Shown here one piece after another: positions 56,168 to 64,000 of a DNA stretch of 64,000 nt (the stretch's first letter is position 1; the number at the start of each line of letters is the position of its first letter). The stretch is taken from NCBI GenBank assembly GCA_029775855.1, contig JARVJZ010000001.1:224001-288000 (forward strand), in the 5' to 3' direction. Source of the DNA: Nitrososphaeria archaeon (GTDB lineage: Archaea; Thermoproteota; Nitrososphaeria; Nitrososphaerales; JAAOZN01). The position numbers were made by a program, and so were the translations under genes. Under the pieces are notes generated by a model. It did no database searches and was not told where the DNA came from. It saw only the letters and a program-made list of their open reading frames with translations.

Positions 56168-56743
56168 CTCTAAACCACTAATCCCTTCGAAGAGCAAGAT
56201 CAAGCCTCCAAAGACATACGCTGCTACAGTTAACCGCCTCACCATATGTAGGGGGAGATGTTCAATGATCTTCTTACCGATGGTAATCGTCAAACCTACT
56301 ATGAGCATGAGGGCTAAAAGAACTCCAACTATCACAGATAAACCGTCGCCGAACCTTGCTGAAAGTAGAGCTGTTGTTAGCTGGGTCTTATCGCCAAGCT
56401 CAAGCAGCATTATTGTGAGCATAGATGTTAGAACTGGAGTAAAAATGCCTCTCTCCTTAACATTGACCTTGGCTTCAGCTTTTTGTGACGCAATAACGAA
56501 CGCTAACACAAAAAAGATAGCGGAAGATATGAACCTTAAAATCCTACGATCTAAAATATAGTAGAGTACTTCCCCTAGATACGCTGAAAAACCGTCTACG
56601 ACTAGGAAGCCTAAAAAGCATCCAGCGAGCACCATTATGGGTTGCTTAAAGTGTGCCACTAAAGCTAGTGAGGCAAATTGGGTCTTATCGCCTAGTTCTG
56701 AGATGGCTGTAAGTGCCAGAGCTAGGATGAAAGCTTCATGCAA
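56150..56743 (-). CDS. TMEM165/GDT1 (UPF0016) Mn2+/Ca2+ transporter
   Basis: Two ELGDKTQ motifs. Confidence 0.94.
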   Translation of the reverse strand: MHEAFILALALTAISELGDKTQFASLALVAHFKQPIMVLAGCFLGFLVVDGFSAYLGEVLYYILDRRILRFISSAIFFVLAFVIASQKAEAKVNVKERGIFTPVLTSMLTIMLLELGDKTQLTTALLSARFGDGLSVIVGVLLALMLIVGLTITIGKKIIEHLPLHMVRRLTVAAYVFGGLILLFEGISGLELALLQ

Positions 56744-56855
56744 CAGAGTCAGCTCTATTGGTTAAAATATTAATATTTTTTGTTCTAAACATCTTCTTTG
56801 CTTACAGTTAGGTTTAATTAAGGGTTAGAAGATTAGTGATGAGGGTAGATGGTGT

Positions 56856-57086
56856 ATGCCGAGGGCGTTTGTCCTCATAAATGCCAACTTGGGTAGTGAA
56901 TCTAATCTAGTTAGTAAGTTGAAGAAGATGCCTAATGTTAAGCAAGCCTACTTTGTGTACGGAGTGTATGATGTTATCGCTGAAGTTGAAGCAGATACTA
57001 TGGAGCAGCTAAAGGAATGCATCGCAGGAAACATACGTGGTCTAGATGAAGTCAGATCTACTTTGACGATGGTCGTCATAGAATAA
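56856..57086 (+). CDS. Stand-alone Lrp/AsnC ligand-binding domain
   Basis: AFVLIN, VYGVYDVIAEVEA, IR.L..VRSTLT. Confidence 0.9.
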   Translation: MPRAFVLINANLGSESNLVSKLKKMPNVKQAYFVYGVYDVIAEVEADTMEQLKECIAGNIRGLDEVRSTLTMVVIE

Positions 57087-57216
57087 TCTCAGATAAACAA
57101 TGCTTTTTTAACTGATTAATCTGTAAGGGTTTCTAAATATTATTTTAACTAAACTATTTATCAATATTTAGAGTATTGTCAATCAACATAAATAGAATAG
57201 TCGAATAAAAGTTTGT

Positions 57217-57849
57217 ATGCGGCGTAGAGACCTTCTTAAACTAACCTTTACAGCCGCTCCCATATTACTTCTACCAGCATCATCTGCACTACCCCAGCGG
57301 AAACGCTACGCTATGTTGATTGACGTCGAAAGATGCTATGGTTGTATGGCTTGTGTTGCTGCATGCGCAGCTGAGAATAATGTGCCTATTGGCGTCTTTA
57401 GAACTTGGGTTGAAAGGTACGTTAGAAAGGATGGAAATGTAGTATTTGTACCTAAGCAGTGTAATCACTGCGAGAATCCTCCTTGTGTTAAACCTTGTCC
57501 TACTGGCGCCACTTTCAAGAGGGAAGACGGTCTTGTGCTCATTAACGACGAAATATGTATAGGTTGTGGAGCCTGCATCCAAGCTTGCCCTTATGGTGCC
57601 AGATTCCCGAACCCTGTAAAGGGTGTTGCTGATAAATGCACTTTTTGCGAACATAGGTTGGCAAACGGGTTGTTACCAGCTTGCGTAGAAGCTTGCCCAA
57701 CGACCGCCAGAATCTTTGGAGACCTTAATGACTCAGAAAGTGAGATAAGTAAGATAGTTGAGTCATCTAATGTGCAAGTTTTGAAGGTATGGGCTCACAC
57801 TGAGCCTAAGATCTACTACAAGAGTCTACCTACGGAGGCTGATCTCTGA
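57217..57849 (+). CDS. TtrB-like 4x[4Fe-4S] subunit with Tat signal
   Basis: MRRRDLLK; CYGCMAC, CNHCENPPC, CIGCGAC..ACPY, KCTFC..PAC. Confidence 0.92.
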   Translation: MRRRDLLKLTFTAAPILLLPASSALPQRKRYAMLIDVERCYGCMACVAACAAENNVPIGVFRTWVERYVRKDGNVVFVPKQCNHCENPPCVKPCPTGATFKREDGLVLINDEICIGCGACIQACPYGARFPNPVKGVADKCTFCEHRLANGLLPACVEACPTTARIFGDLNDSESEISKIVESSNVQVLKVWAHTEPKIYYKSLPTEADL

Positions 57850-58964
57850 TGAGCCTGAGTGCACCTCTATTTCCCAACGAGCTCGCTGAACCTATCCTTT
57901 GGCACCCAGTCATTTTTGCATATGCCCTCGTCATCTCCGGTGCTGATCTAATCATACTAGCTTCGCTGGCATACATCTCAAGAAGGATGATGAAGGCGAT
58001 ACCTTTACTCCTTGTGCTCGGAGTCTCATTCTTTTCAGCGGCGCTGTTAGGTCCTCTTGCAGACCTGCGACAACCTTCACGTGCCTCGCTAATATACTCG
58101 TTAGCGCACCTATTCCCAACAGCGACAAATCCTGGATTCTCATTTATAGCATTGTACGCCAACCTTTGGCTGCTACTGTTAATCCTAAGTATAGCCTTTC
58201 TGCTCATTTACCAGTCGTATCCCATGCACCTCAAGTCGTTGGAGGGTGGTAGGTTGAAAAGCCTCTACAAGGTGTTTTCTCTCGGTGTTAGTGATGGGGA
58301 GAGATACAGGAGGCTCGCTTCCCTCATCACTGTAATCGCTATCTTAACGATCATACCAGCTGTGCTGTGGGGAGTTTATCCATCTGTGTTACTGGTCTTT
58401 CAGACTTGGATCTTCCTTTGGCGAAGCTGGGTTATTTTACCAGTGATCTTCTTTGCCGACACCTTCGTTGCATCTACAGCTGCAGCTCTTCTAGTCTACT
58501 TCATCATCAAGTTGGGTAAGCTGGATCAAGAGGTGGTAAGCCCTCTACTTAAGATACACTCTGCTGGCTGCGTTTCGGTCACAGGGCTGTTAGGTGTGCA
58601 GCTTCTGCTCTGGAACCAGTGGTTTGAAGAATCAGCATTATACCCAGCATTCAATGTCGTTGTACCTATAATCTACTTTGTTATAGCGACTCTACTACTC
58701 TCATTCCTTTTGGCTTTAGCTTCATTGAAAGTTCCTAGGTTAAGTATAATAGTTTCAATAGTTGCTCTGGTAGGCGTCGTAATGAATAAGTGGAACACGT
58801 TAGTGAATGGTCAGCTCATTTCAAGAACAGGCATGGGTTTGTTTGATCTACATCTGCCAACAGACTGGCTTCTGACAACAATTTCACCTATAGCTGCGGC
58901 TATATTGATCTTCGTTATTCTCTCATCACTCTTCCCATTGGAGGTGAAAGAAGTTGGTAAGTAG
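57849..58964 (+). CDS. NrfD/TtrC-like membrane anchor
   Basis: Multiple TMs, ADLRQP.R, C-terminal GQ. Confidence 0.88.
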   Translation: MSLSAPLFPNELAEPILWHPVIFAYALVISGADLIILASLAYISRRMMKAIPLLLVLGVSFFSAALLGPLADLRQPSRASLIYSLAHLFPTATNPGFSFIALYANLWLLLLILSIAFLLIYQSYPMHLKSLEGGRLKSLYKVFSLGVSDGERYRRLASLITVIAILTIIPAVLWGVYPSVLLVFQTWIFLWRSWVILPVIFFADTFVASTAAALLVYFIIKLGKLDQEVVSPLLKIHSAGCVSVTGLLGVQLLLWNQWFEESALYPAFNVVVPIIYFVIATLLLSFLLALASLKVPRLSIIVSIVALVGVVMNKWNTLVNGQLISRTGMGLFDLHLPTDWLLTTISPIAAAILIFVILSSLFPLEVKEVGK

Positions 58965-61900
58965 AAGAGGGTTCGTTAAAGGTATTATTGGCTTAGCCGC
59001 TGCAGGCACATTCGCGGCTGGCTACGCTCGAATAGTGGAGGAGATGGTAAAACCCACATACACACCCATACAGCCAGACCCAACTATCGGTGATAAGGTG
59101 AAATACGTTTACAGCTCTTGCCTCGGATGCAATGTGAGGTGTGGCATAAGAGCGAAGGTTGTTGAGCGAGAGGGTGTTAGTGTTGTTGAGCGAATAGAGG
59201 GGAACCCCTATCACCCATATAATAGGCTTGTAAACCCGTCTTCACAGTACACCAGATTTGACCCACTACCATACAGCACACCCGCTGTTAAGAGCTTAAA
59301 ATACGCTGGCACACTATGCGCAAGGGGGCAAGACGGCATACACTACCTTTATGACCCTTATCGTATTAAATCGCCTTTAAAGAGGGCTGGAGCAAGAGGA
59401 AGTGGTAAGTGGAAAAAGATAAGCTGGAGCCAACTTATCAAGGAGGTAGTTGGAGGCGGTGTAGTGGAGGAGACGGGTGAGAGAATACCAGGCCTAAAAG
59501 AGATCTTTGTATACGGCATACTTAGAGACGCTGGCATACAAGATCCTAACAAGATATTAAGCGAAATTAAAAAGGACATAGACTCAATAGTTCAGAACGC
59601 ACCAAAGCTTACAGCAGACGAGTTAAAAGACGAAATACAAAAGTTCAAAGACAAGTGGTCAAAGCAGCTGAGCGAAAATAGTGTAAAACTAGAGCAGATA
59701 CTCATCAACCCAGACATGCCAGATTTGGGATTTAAATCAAACCAACTAGTTTTCGTCAGAGGTAGGGGGCAAGCCCACGCGGACGACTTCTATCAACGCT
59801 GGACCTACGCCTTTGGAAGTGTAAACTGGCTTAGGCACACTTCAGCCTGCCAACTAGGCTTCTACTGCGGAAACAGAATATGGGCTGGCACAACAGACCT
59901 GAGCCCAGATGTCAGAGGAGCTAAGGTCTTGATTATGGCTGGAGCTCAAATAGGTAGACTACACCCTGGCGCTACTGGCCAAGGTTTGATTATTGAGCGT
60001 GCAGCAAAAGGCGAGTTGAAGGTCTTCTATGTTAATCCAGTGTCGCCACGTGGGGATTGTGGCGGCAATTTCGAGTGGGTGCCTATAAAGCCGGGTAGTG
60101 ATGCAGCCTTAGCCTTGGCTATAGTGAGGTGGATCTTTGATAATAAGAGGTTCAATAAAGCCTTTCTTGAATCTCCAAACGAGGAGGCTGCAAAATCTAA
60201 AGGTGAGGTAGTATATACTAATGCTACTTGGCTTGTGGTAACAGAGCCTAACCATGCTAAAGAAGGTGTATTCCTTAGGGCAAGCGACTTGGGCATAGGT
60301 GATAGCAGTAAGTACGTTGTATATGCTGATGGTTTTAAGGCGCATACAGATGTGAAGGCAGCTGAGATACTCTATAAGGGTAGAGTAAAGCTCGCCTCAG
60401 GCGAAGAGGTTGAAGTTAAGACAGCCCTTCAGATACTCAACGATGAAGCTGCAAGCAGGAGCCTGGATGAATGGAGCGCAATATGTGGCGTGCCTGTTCA
60501 AACCATCATACGTATGGCAGAGGCTTTCACAAGTGTAGGTAGAGCAGCCTCAACATACATACACCGAGGCATAGCGATGCACCCTCAAGCAGAATATAGT
60601 GTGTGGGCATATAGAGCGCTAGATCTGCTTATCGGAAACTACTTCGCTAAAGGAGGTGTCATGGGAAGAGCGTCAACAACCAACTTCAACGGATACCTTT
60701 ACAACGTCGGCACGTCTAGCTTCGGTGAGCCTGTTAGATTTGGCCCATATATAGATCGCCACGGCGTGGTTTATGAAAGTACGTTAGAGTATTGGTTAAA
60801 GAGCAAGTCTGGTTTATCACCATATCCAGCTAAAAGGCCCTGGTATCCTCTTACCCCAGAAGAGAGCTATACCGAGTTGTTTGCAGGAATCAGCGAGGAA
60901 TATCCATACCCTATACGAGCACTATTCCTCTACTATGCGAACCCAGTTATATCAGCCAACTATGGGTTAAAGTTCATCGAAGTTCTTAAGGATACACAGA
61001 AGCTGCCCCTCTTTGTTGCTATAACTACATCCATAAATGAGACATACTTGTACGCTGACTACATTGTGCCAGACACAACCTATCTTGAGACTGGAACATT
61101 AGGCTGCCAATACCTTTACGCATCTAGCGGTGGGGTATCTTTAGCTGAGAGCTGGAGGACAATGGTCATACCACCTCTAACCGATGAAATTGGCAGAGAC
61201 CCTGCTGGCAGAGTCAGATACGCTTCAATGTGGGAGTTTCTAATCGACATAGCCAAGGCTTTAGGTATGCCTGGGTTTGGTGAAAACGGGATTAAAGGCG
61301 CTACCGGAGGTAAATACGAAGGGAAGAGCTTTCCGCTAAACAGCCTCTGGGACTACATTATGCGTGTGTACGCTAATGGAGCTATGGATGCGGTGCGCAG
61401 AAAGATCGTGCCTAGCGAAGTGCCTAAGGAAGATGTAGAGTTTGTAGAAAGTAATTATCCCATAGCGGAATATAGAGACATAATACCAGACGAGTGGCCT
61501 TATGTAGCCTATGTCCTAGCAAGAGGAGGAGTATTCACAAGCTACAAAGACTCTTACGATGAAAAAGGCTTCGTAAAACGAACCCCCCCTCGAACTTTAT
61601 TAGAATTCTGGGATGAAAGGCTTGCACAAACAAGAAACAGCATCACAGGTAAACGCTTCTACGGTGGGCCAAAATACTTCGAACCCTCAACCTACGCACC
61701 TATAGCTGAAGAGGCTGGTGAGAGATGGCAGCCAGGCACTCCGCTGAGGAGGATATGGAGTGAAGCAGAGTATCCGATGCTTATAGTGCCTAATGGTAGC
61801 CCACTCTTCACTAAGCATCGCAGCCAATTCTACTATTGGCTTAAGCAGATCATGCCCAGAAACTTCGCTGTTATACATCCAGACGACGCATCAAAGATAA

Positions 61901-62388
61901 ATGTAGCCACTGGAGACATCATTAAGATAGAGACGCCAAATGGCTCTCTTGAAACACCAGTGTTGGTGGAGCCTACAGTAGCTAGAGGTGTTATAGCTAT
62001 TCCAGTGGGAATGGGCAGGTGGGTTGAAAATGTTGTAAGCAAGCCTAAGTACTTCCAAAGTTCAAATCTGCAGAAGCACATTGATGAGTTGCCTAATACT
62101 GTGGTGATACCGGAGGAAGCTGTGAATCCTGTTAAGAAGCTGCCTAAGGTTGTTAAGAAGCTACTCTTTACAAAGTCGCAAGCATCTTATTATGATAATG
62201 GGCTTTCATACGATGAGTGGAGGTTTAATGGTATCACACCAACACCAATCTCTTCAAACGATCCTTCACTAGGTGGTTGGCCTCTGCTGTCTTGGCTAGG
62301 TGCTTCACAAGTCTACTTCTATACTCCAGCTAGAATATCTAAGACTGGTAGATCTGAGAAGATCTGGTTTACAGAAGCAGTTTGGTAG
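58954..62388 (+). CDS. Mo/W-bisPGD catalytic subunit, TtrA/archaeal arsenate reductase clade
   Basis: SRRGFVK Tat signal, CLGCNVRC...CARG, GNPYHP, PLKRAG.RG.GKW, HTSAC, ADYIVPDTTYLE. Confidence 0.9.
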   Translation: MVSRRGFVKGIIGLAAAGTFAAGYARIVEEMVKPTYTPIQPDPTIGDKVKYVYSSCLGCNVRCGIRAKVVEREGVSVVERIEGNPYHPYNRLVNPSSQYTRFDPLPYSTPAVKSLKYAGTLCARGQDGIHYLYDPYRIKSPLKRAGARGSGKWKKISWSQLIKEVVGGGVVEETGERIPGLKEIFVYGILRDAGIQDPNKILSEIKKDIDSIVQNAPKLTADELKDEIQKFKDKWSKQLSENSVKLEQILINPDMPDLGFKSNQLVFVRGRGQAHADDFYQRWTYAFGSVNWLRHTSACQLGFYCGNRIWAGTTDLSPDVRGAKVLIMAGAQIGRLHPGATGQGLIIERAAKGELKVFYVNPVSPRGDCGGNFEWVPIKPGSDAALALAIVRWIFDNKRFNKAFLESPNEEAAKSKGEVVYTNATWLVVTEPNHAKEGVFLRASDLGIGDSSKYVVYADGFKAHTDVKAAEILYKGRVKLASGEEVEVKTALQILNDEAASRSLDEWSAICGVPVQTIIRMAEAFTSVGRAASTYIHRGIAMHPQAEYSVWAYRALDLLIGNYFAKGGVMGRASTTNFNGYLYNVGTSSFGEPVRFGPYIDRHGVVYESTLEYWLKSKSGLSPYPAKRPWYPLTPEESYTELFAGISEEYPYPIRALFLYYANPVISANYGLKFIEVLKDTQKLPLFVAITTSINETYLYADYIVPDTTYLETGTLGCQYLYASSGGVSLAESWRTMVIPPLTDEIGRDPAGRVRYASMWEFLIDIAKALGMPGFGENGIKGATGGKYEGKSFPLNSLWDYIMRVYANGAMDAVRRKIVPSEVPKEDVEFVESNYPIAEYRDIIPDEWPYVAYVLARGGVFTSYKDSYDEKGFVKRTPPRTLLEFWDERLAQTRNSITGKRFYGGPKYFEPSTYAPIAEEAGERWQPGTPLRRIWSEAEYPMLIVPNGSPLFTKHRSQFYYWLKQIMPRNFAVIHPDDASKINVATGDIIKIETPNGSLETPVLVEPTVARGVIAIPVGMGRWVENVVSKPKYFQSSNLQKHIDELPNTVVIPEEAVNPVKKLPKVVKKLLFTKSQASYYDNGLSYDEWRFNGITPTPISSNDPSLGGWPLLSWLGASQVYFYTPARISKTGRSEKIWFTEAVW

Positions 62389-62391
62389 GAG

Positions 62392-62931
62392 ATGCTGAGA
62401 GAGGCTGCGGTTGGTAGGTTCAAGTTTTATTCAGCTCTTTCATATGTGCTTTGGGCCAAGGAGAATGGTCAGAGTGAGAGCTTAATAGATGTTGAGAGAG
62501 ACCTAGCCGCAGTTGAGATAACTTCCCAAAGTATAAAGGAGTTCCTAGTCAAGGATAGAAAGATACCTCTGGTTAGAGAATGCGTTAGCCGCTTTCCTGA
62601 AGACTATGCTAAGATGCTCACCAACTTCTATTCAGAGAACGGTTTTGAAGCGTCAACAATACAACCCGACCATCCCGCTGCGATGTTAGCCTTCACCGCC
62701 AGCCTAATATTTAAGGAGGTTGAGGACTCAAAAAATGTTGTGAAGTATTGGCGGGTTGAGCATAGGTTCATAAAGACATATTTGATGGAGGCGCTTCTCT
62801 GCTTGAGAAGTCGGATACCCTCTACTTTCACACAAGCTATAGTGGAGGCTGTTAGTATAGATCTCTCTCTCCTTTACGAGGCTTTGAAGAATGTTTCAAG
62901 CGATTCCGATGATGCCTCTATGGTACATTAA
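62392..62931 (+). CDS. TorD/DmsD-like molybdoenzyme chaperone
   Basis: FY...GF....PDH...L.F; last gene of the operon. Confidence 0.75.
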   Translation: MLREAAVGRFKFYSALSYVLWAKENGQSESLIDVERDLAAVEITSQSIKEFLVKDRKIPLVRECVSRFPEDYAKMLTNFYSENGFEASTIQPDHPAAMLAFTASLIFKEVEDSKNVVKYWRVEHRFIKTYLMEALLCLRSRIPSTFTQAIVEAVSIDLSLLYEALKNVSSDSDDASMVH

Positions 62932-63088
62932 GCCAATTCTGTCCCGGCTGCCTCTTTAGCATATATCTCTTGATGTATGTCCTTCTATTTCGATACTTTG
63001 GTATAGGTGATGTTCTCGGCCTGGCTTCTAGCTTGGGTGTCTGAGACCTAACCTTCCCAGCTTTTGTGAGAGAGCCGTGTGTTGGCAT
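62918..63088 (-). CDS. rps30e: 30S ribosomal protein S30e; below the ORF-track cutoff
   Basis: MPTHGSLTKAGKVRSQTPKLE...RNRRTYIKR. Confidence 0.96.
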   Translation of the reverse strand: MPTHGSLTKAGKVRSQTPKLEARPRTSPIPKYRNRRTYIKRYMLKRQPGQNWLNVP

Positions 63089-63136
63089 ACTACATCCGGG
63101 GTTAAGCTACTCTTTGGTTCATTAAATACCTTGCGG

Positions 63137-63958
63137 TTAAACTATCTTCTTTAAAAGACCAGAGGGTGCTCTTTTAAATCTACCTAACTCCTCTTTAACT
63201 TCCTTCAACATAGTGGTATCGAACACAGGGCCGTCTCTGCATACAAGGTATCTACCTATCACACAGGAGCCACAGAGGTTTATGCCGCACTTTATATAAC
63301 GCTCCAGACTCGCTTGGATAGGTATATTGTATGCTGATGCTATGTCGTAGACCTTCTTTATCATCAACTCAGGTCCGCACGTGTAGATTTGGTCAAATCG
63401 GCGTTCTTTTAATAGATGATTTAGAAGGTCTGTTGCTACACCTTTGAAACCTAAGGTTCCGTCTTCAGTCGCATAAACCACTTTAACACCAACTTTCTTT
63501 AAATTTTTAGCTCTTGTGAGTAGGGGTATTGAATCTGATGAATCCCCGGCTAGGAGAAGCGTAACATCTCTACCGCTTAAAGCGCTTTTTTCTGCCAAGG
63601 GTATTAGAGGGGCTATCCCGGTTCCTCCGCCTACAAGTAAGTTTGTGTTTCCTTGAATGGTGAAGCCTCTGCCGTAAGGGCCTCTAATCCATATCTTTTC
63701 ACCAGCTTTCATGCTGCATAGCTTTTTGGTGCCTCTTCCTACTGCTCTGACAGTTACTGCTGCGTAGCGTCGGCTGATTTCTGATAGGCTCATTGGGCAT
63801 TCGTTTTCAGATGGGACCCAGAGCATTATGAACTGTCCAGGCTCGGCTCTTGAGCATGCTTTGTCTCTGAACCTTAGGGTGTATGTTATCTTCGAGTCTT
63901 TTTGCTTCGATACTATCTCTACTGCTCTTAGAATGTCAAGGTTTATGCGCGAGTCCAA
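63137..63958 (-). CDS. pyrK: Dihydroorotate dehydrogenase electron transfer subunit
   Basis: PGQF.MLW, RGPYG, GGGTGIAP, CGPE, CG...CGSC...C.DGPVF. Confidence 0.93.
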   Translation of the reverse strand: MDSRINLDILRAVEIVSKQKDSKITYTLRFRDKACSRAEPGQFIMLWVPSENECPMSLSEISRRYAAVTVRAVGRGTKKLCSMKAGEKIWIRGPYGRGFTIQGNTNLLVGGGTGIAPLIPLAEKSALSGRDVTLLLAGDSSDSIPLLTRAKNLKKVGVKVVYATEDGTLGFKGVATDLLNHLLKERRFDQIYTCGPELMIKKVYDIASAYNIPIQASLERYIKCGINLCGSCVIGRYLVCRDGPVFDTTMLKEVKEELGRFKRAPSGLLKKIV

Positions 63959-64000
63959 CTATTTCACCCACACTCTTATATCCTCTTGCCTTAAGGTAAG
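63936..64000 (-). CDS. pyrD: 3' end of dihydroorotate dehydrogenase (partial)
   Basis: YLKARGYKSVGEIVGLAHKP* matches the family-1B PyrD C-terminus; overlaps the pyrK start. Confidence 0.75.
   Translation of the reverse strand, partial: YLKARGYKSVGEIVGLAHKP

Noticed and set aside
757-62831. Many 60-136 aa ORFs overlapping identified genes on the opposite strand or in another frame
   Set aside because: Shadow frames with no recognisable motifs.
1-64000. CRISPR array, rRNA, IS element, integrase or provirus
   Set aside because: No regularly spaced repeats, rRNA-like tracts, or transposase, integrase or capsid motifs seen by eye.

Overview
Chromosomal segment of a TACK archaeon (rps30e, a splicing endonuclease with a crenarchaeal-type loop, topo VI, aIF-1A-rio1-dim2). 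It most resembles a deep-branching, probably thermophilic Nitrososphaerota; that placement is an inference. Most of the window is housekeeping and metabolism: translation, purine and pyrimidine synthesis, the mevalonate thiolase/HMGCS/DUF35 trio, Na+-decarboxylase subunits, CydAA' oxidase, a TtrBCA-type molybdoenzyme and several F420 enzymes. No CRISPR array, rRNA, integrase or transposase was seen. Best leads: (1) a coupled operon of Lrp-HTH/V4R regulator, KaiC-like ATPase, GH3 acyl-amido synthetase and 7TM/DUF835 sensor, resembling a make-and-sense signalling module; (2) an unannotated RNA upstream of tRNA-Ala, closed by a perfect bulge-helix-bulge (BHB), with one C/D K-turn and a guide that points to 16S C1402, so probably an excised circular guide RNA; (3) tRNA-Ile(GAU) with three non-canonical introns; (4) a TRAM gene missed by the ORF track that appears to start at ACG, followed by another BHB-like hairpin; (5) a degenerate folD head-to-head with an F420-dependent mtd; (6) a cyclase-SDR-M20-FAH catabolic cluster. 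All calls come from motif reading by eye; no searches were run.
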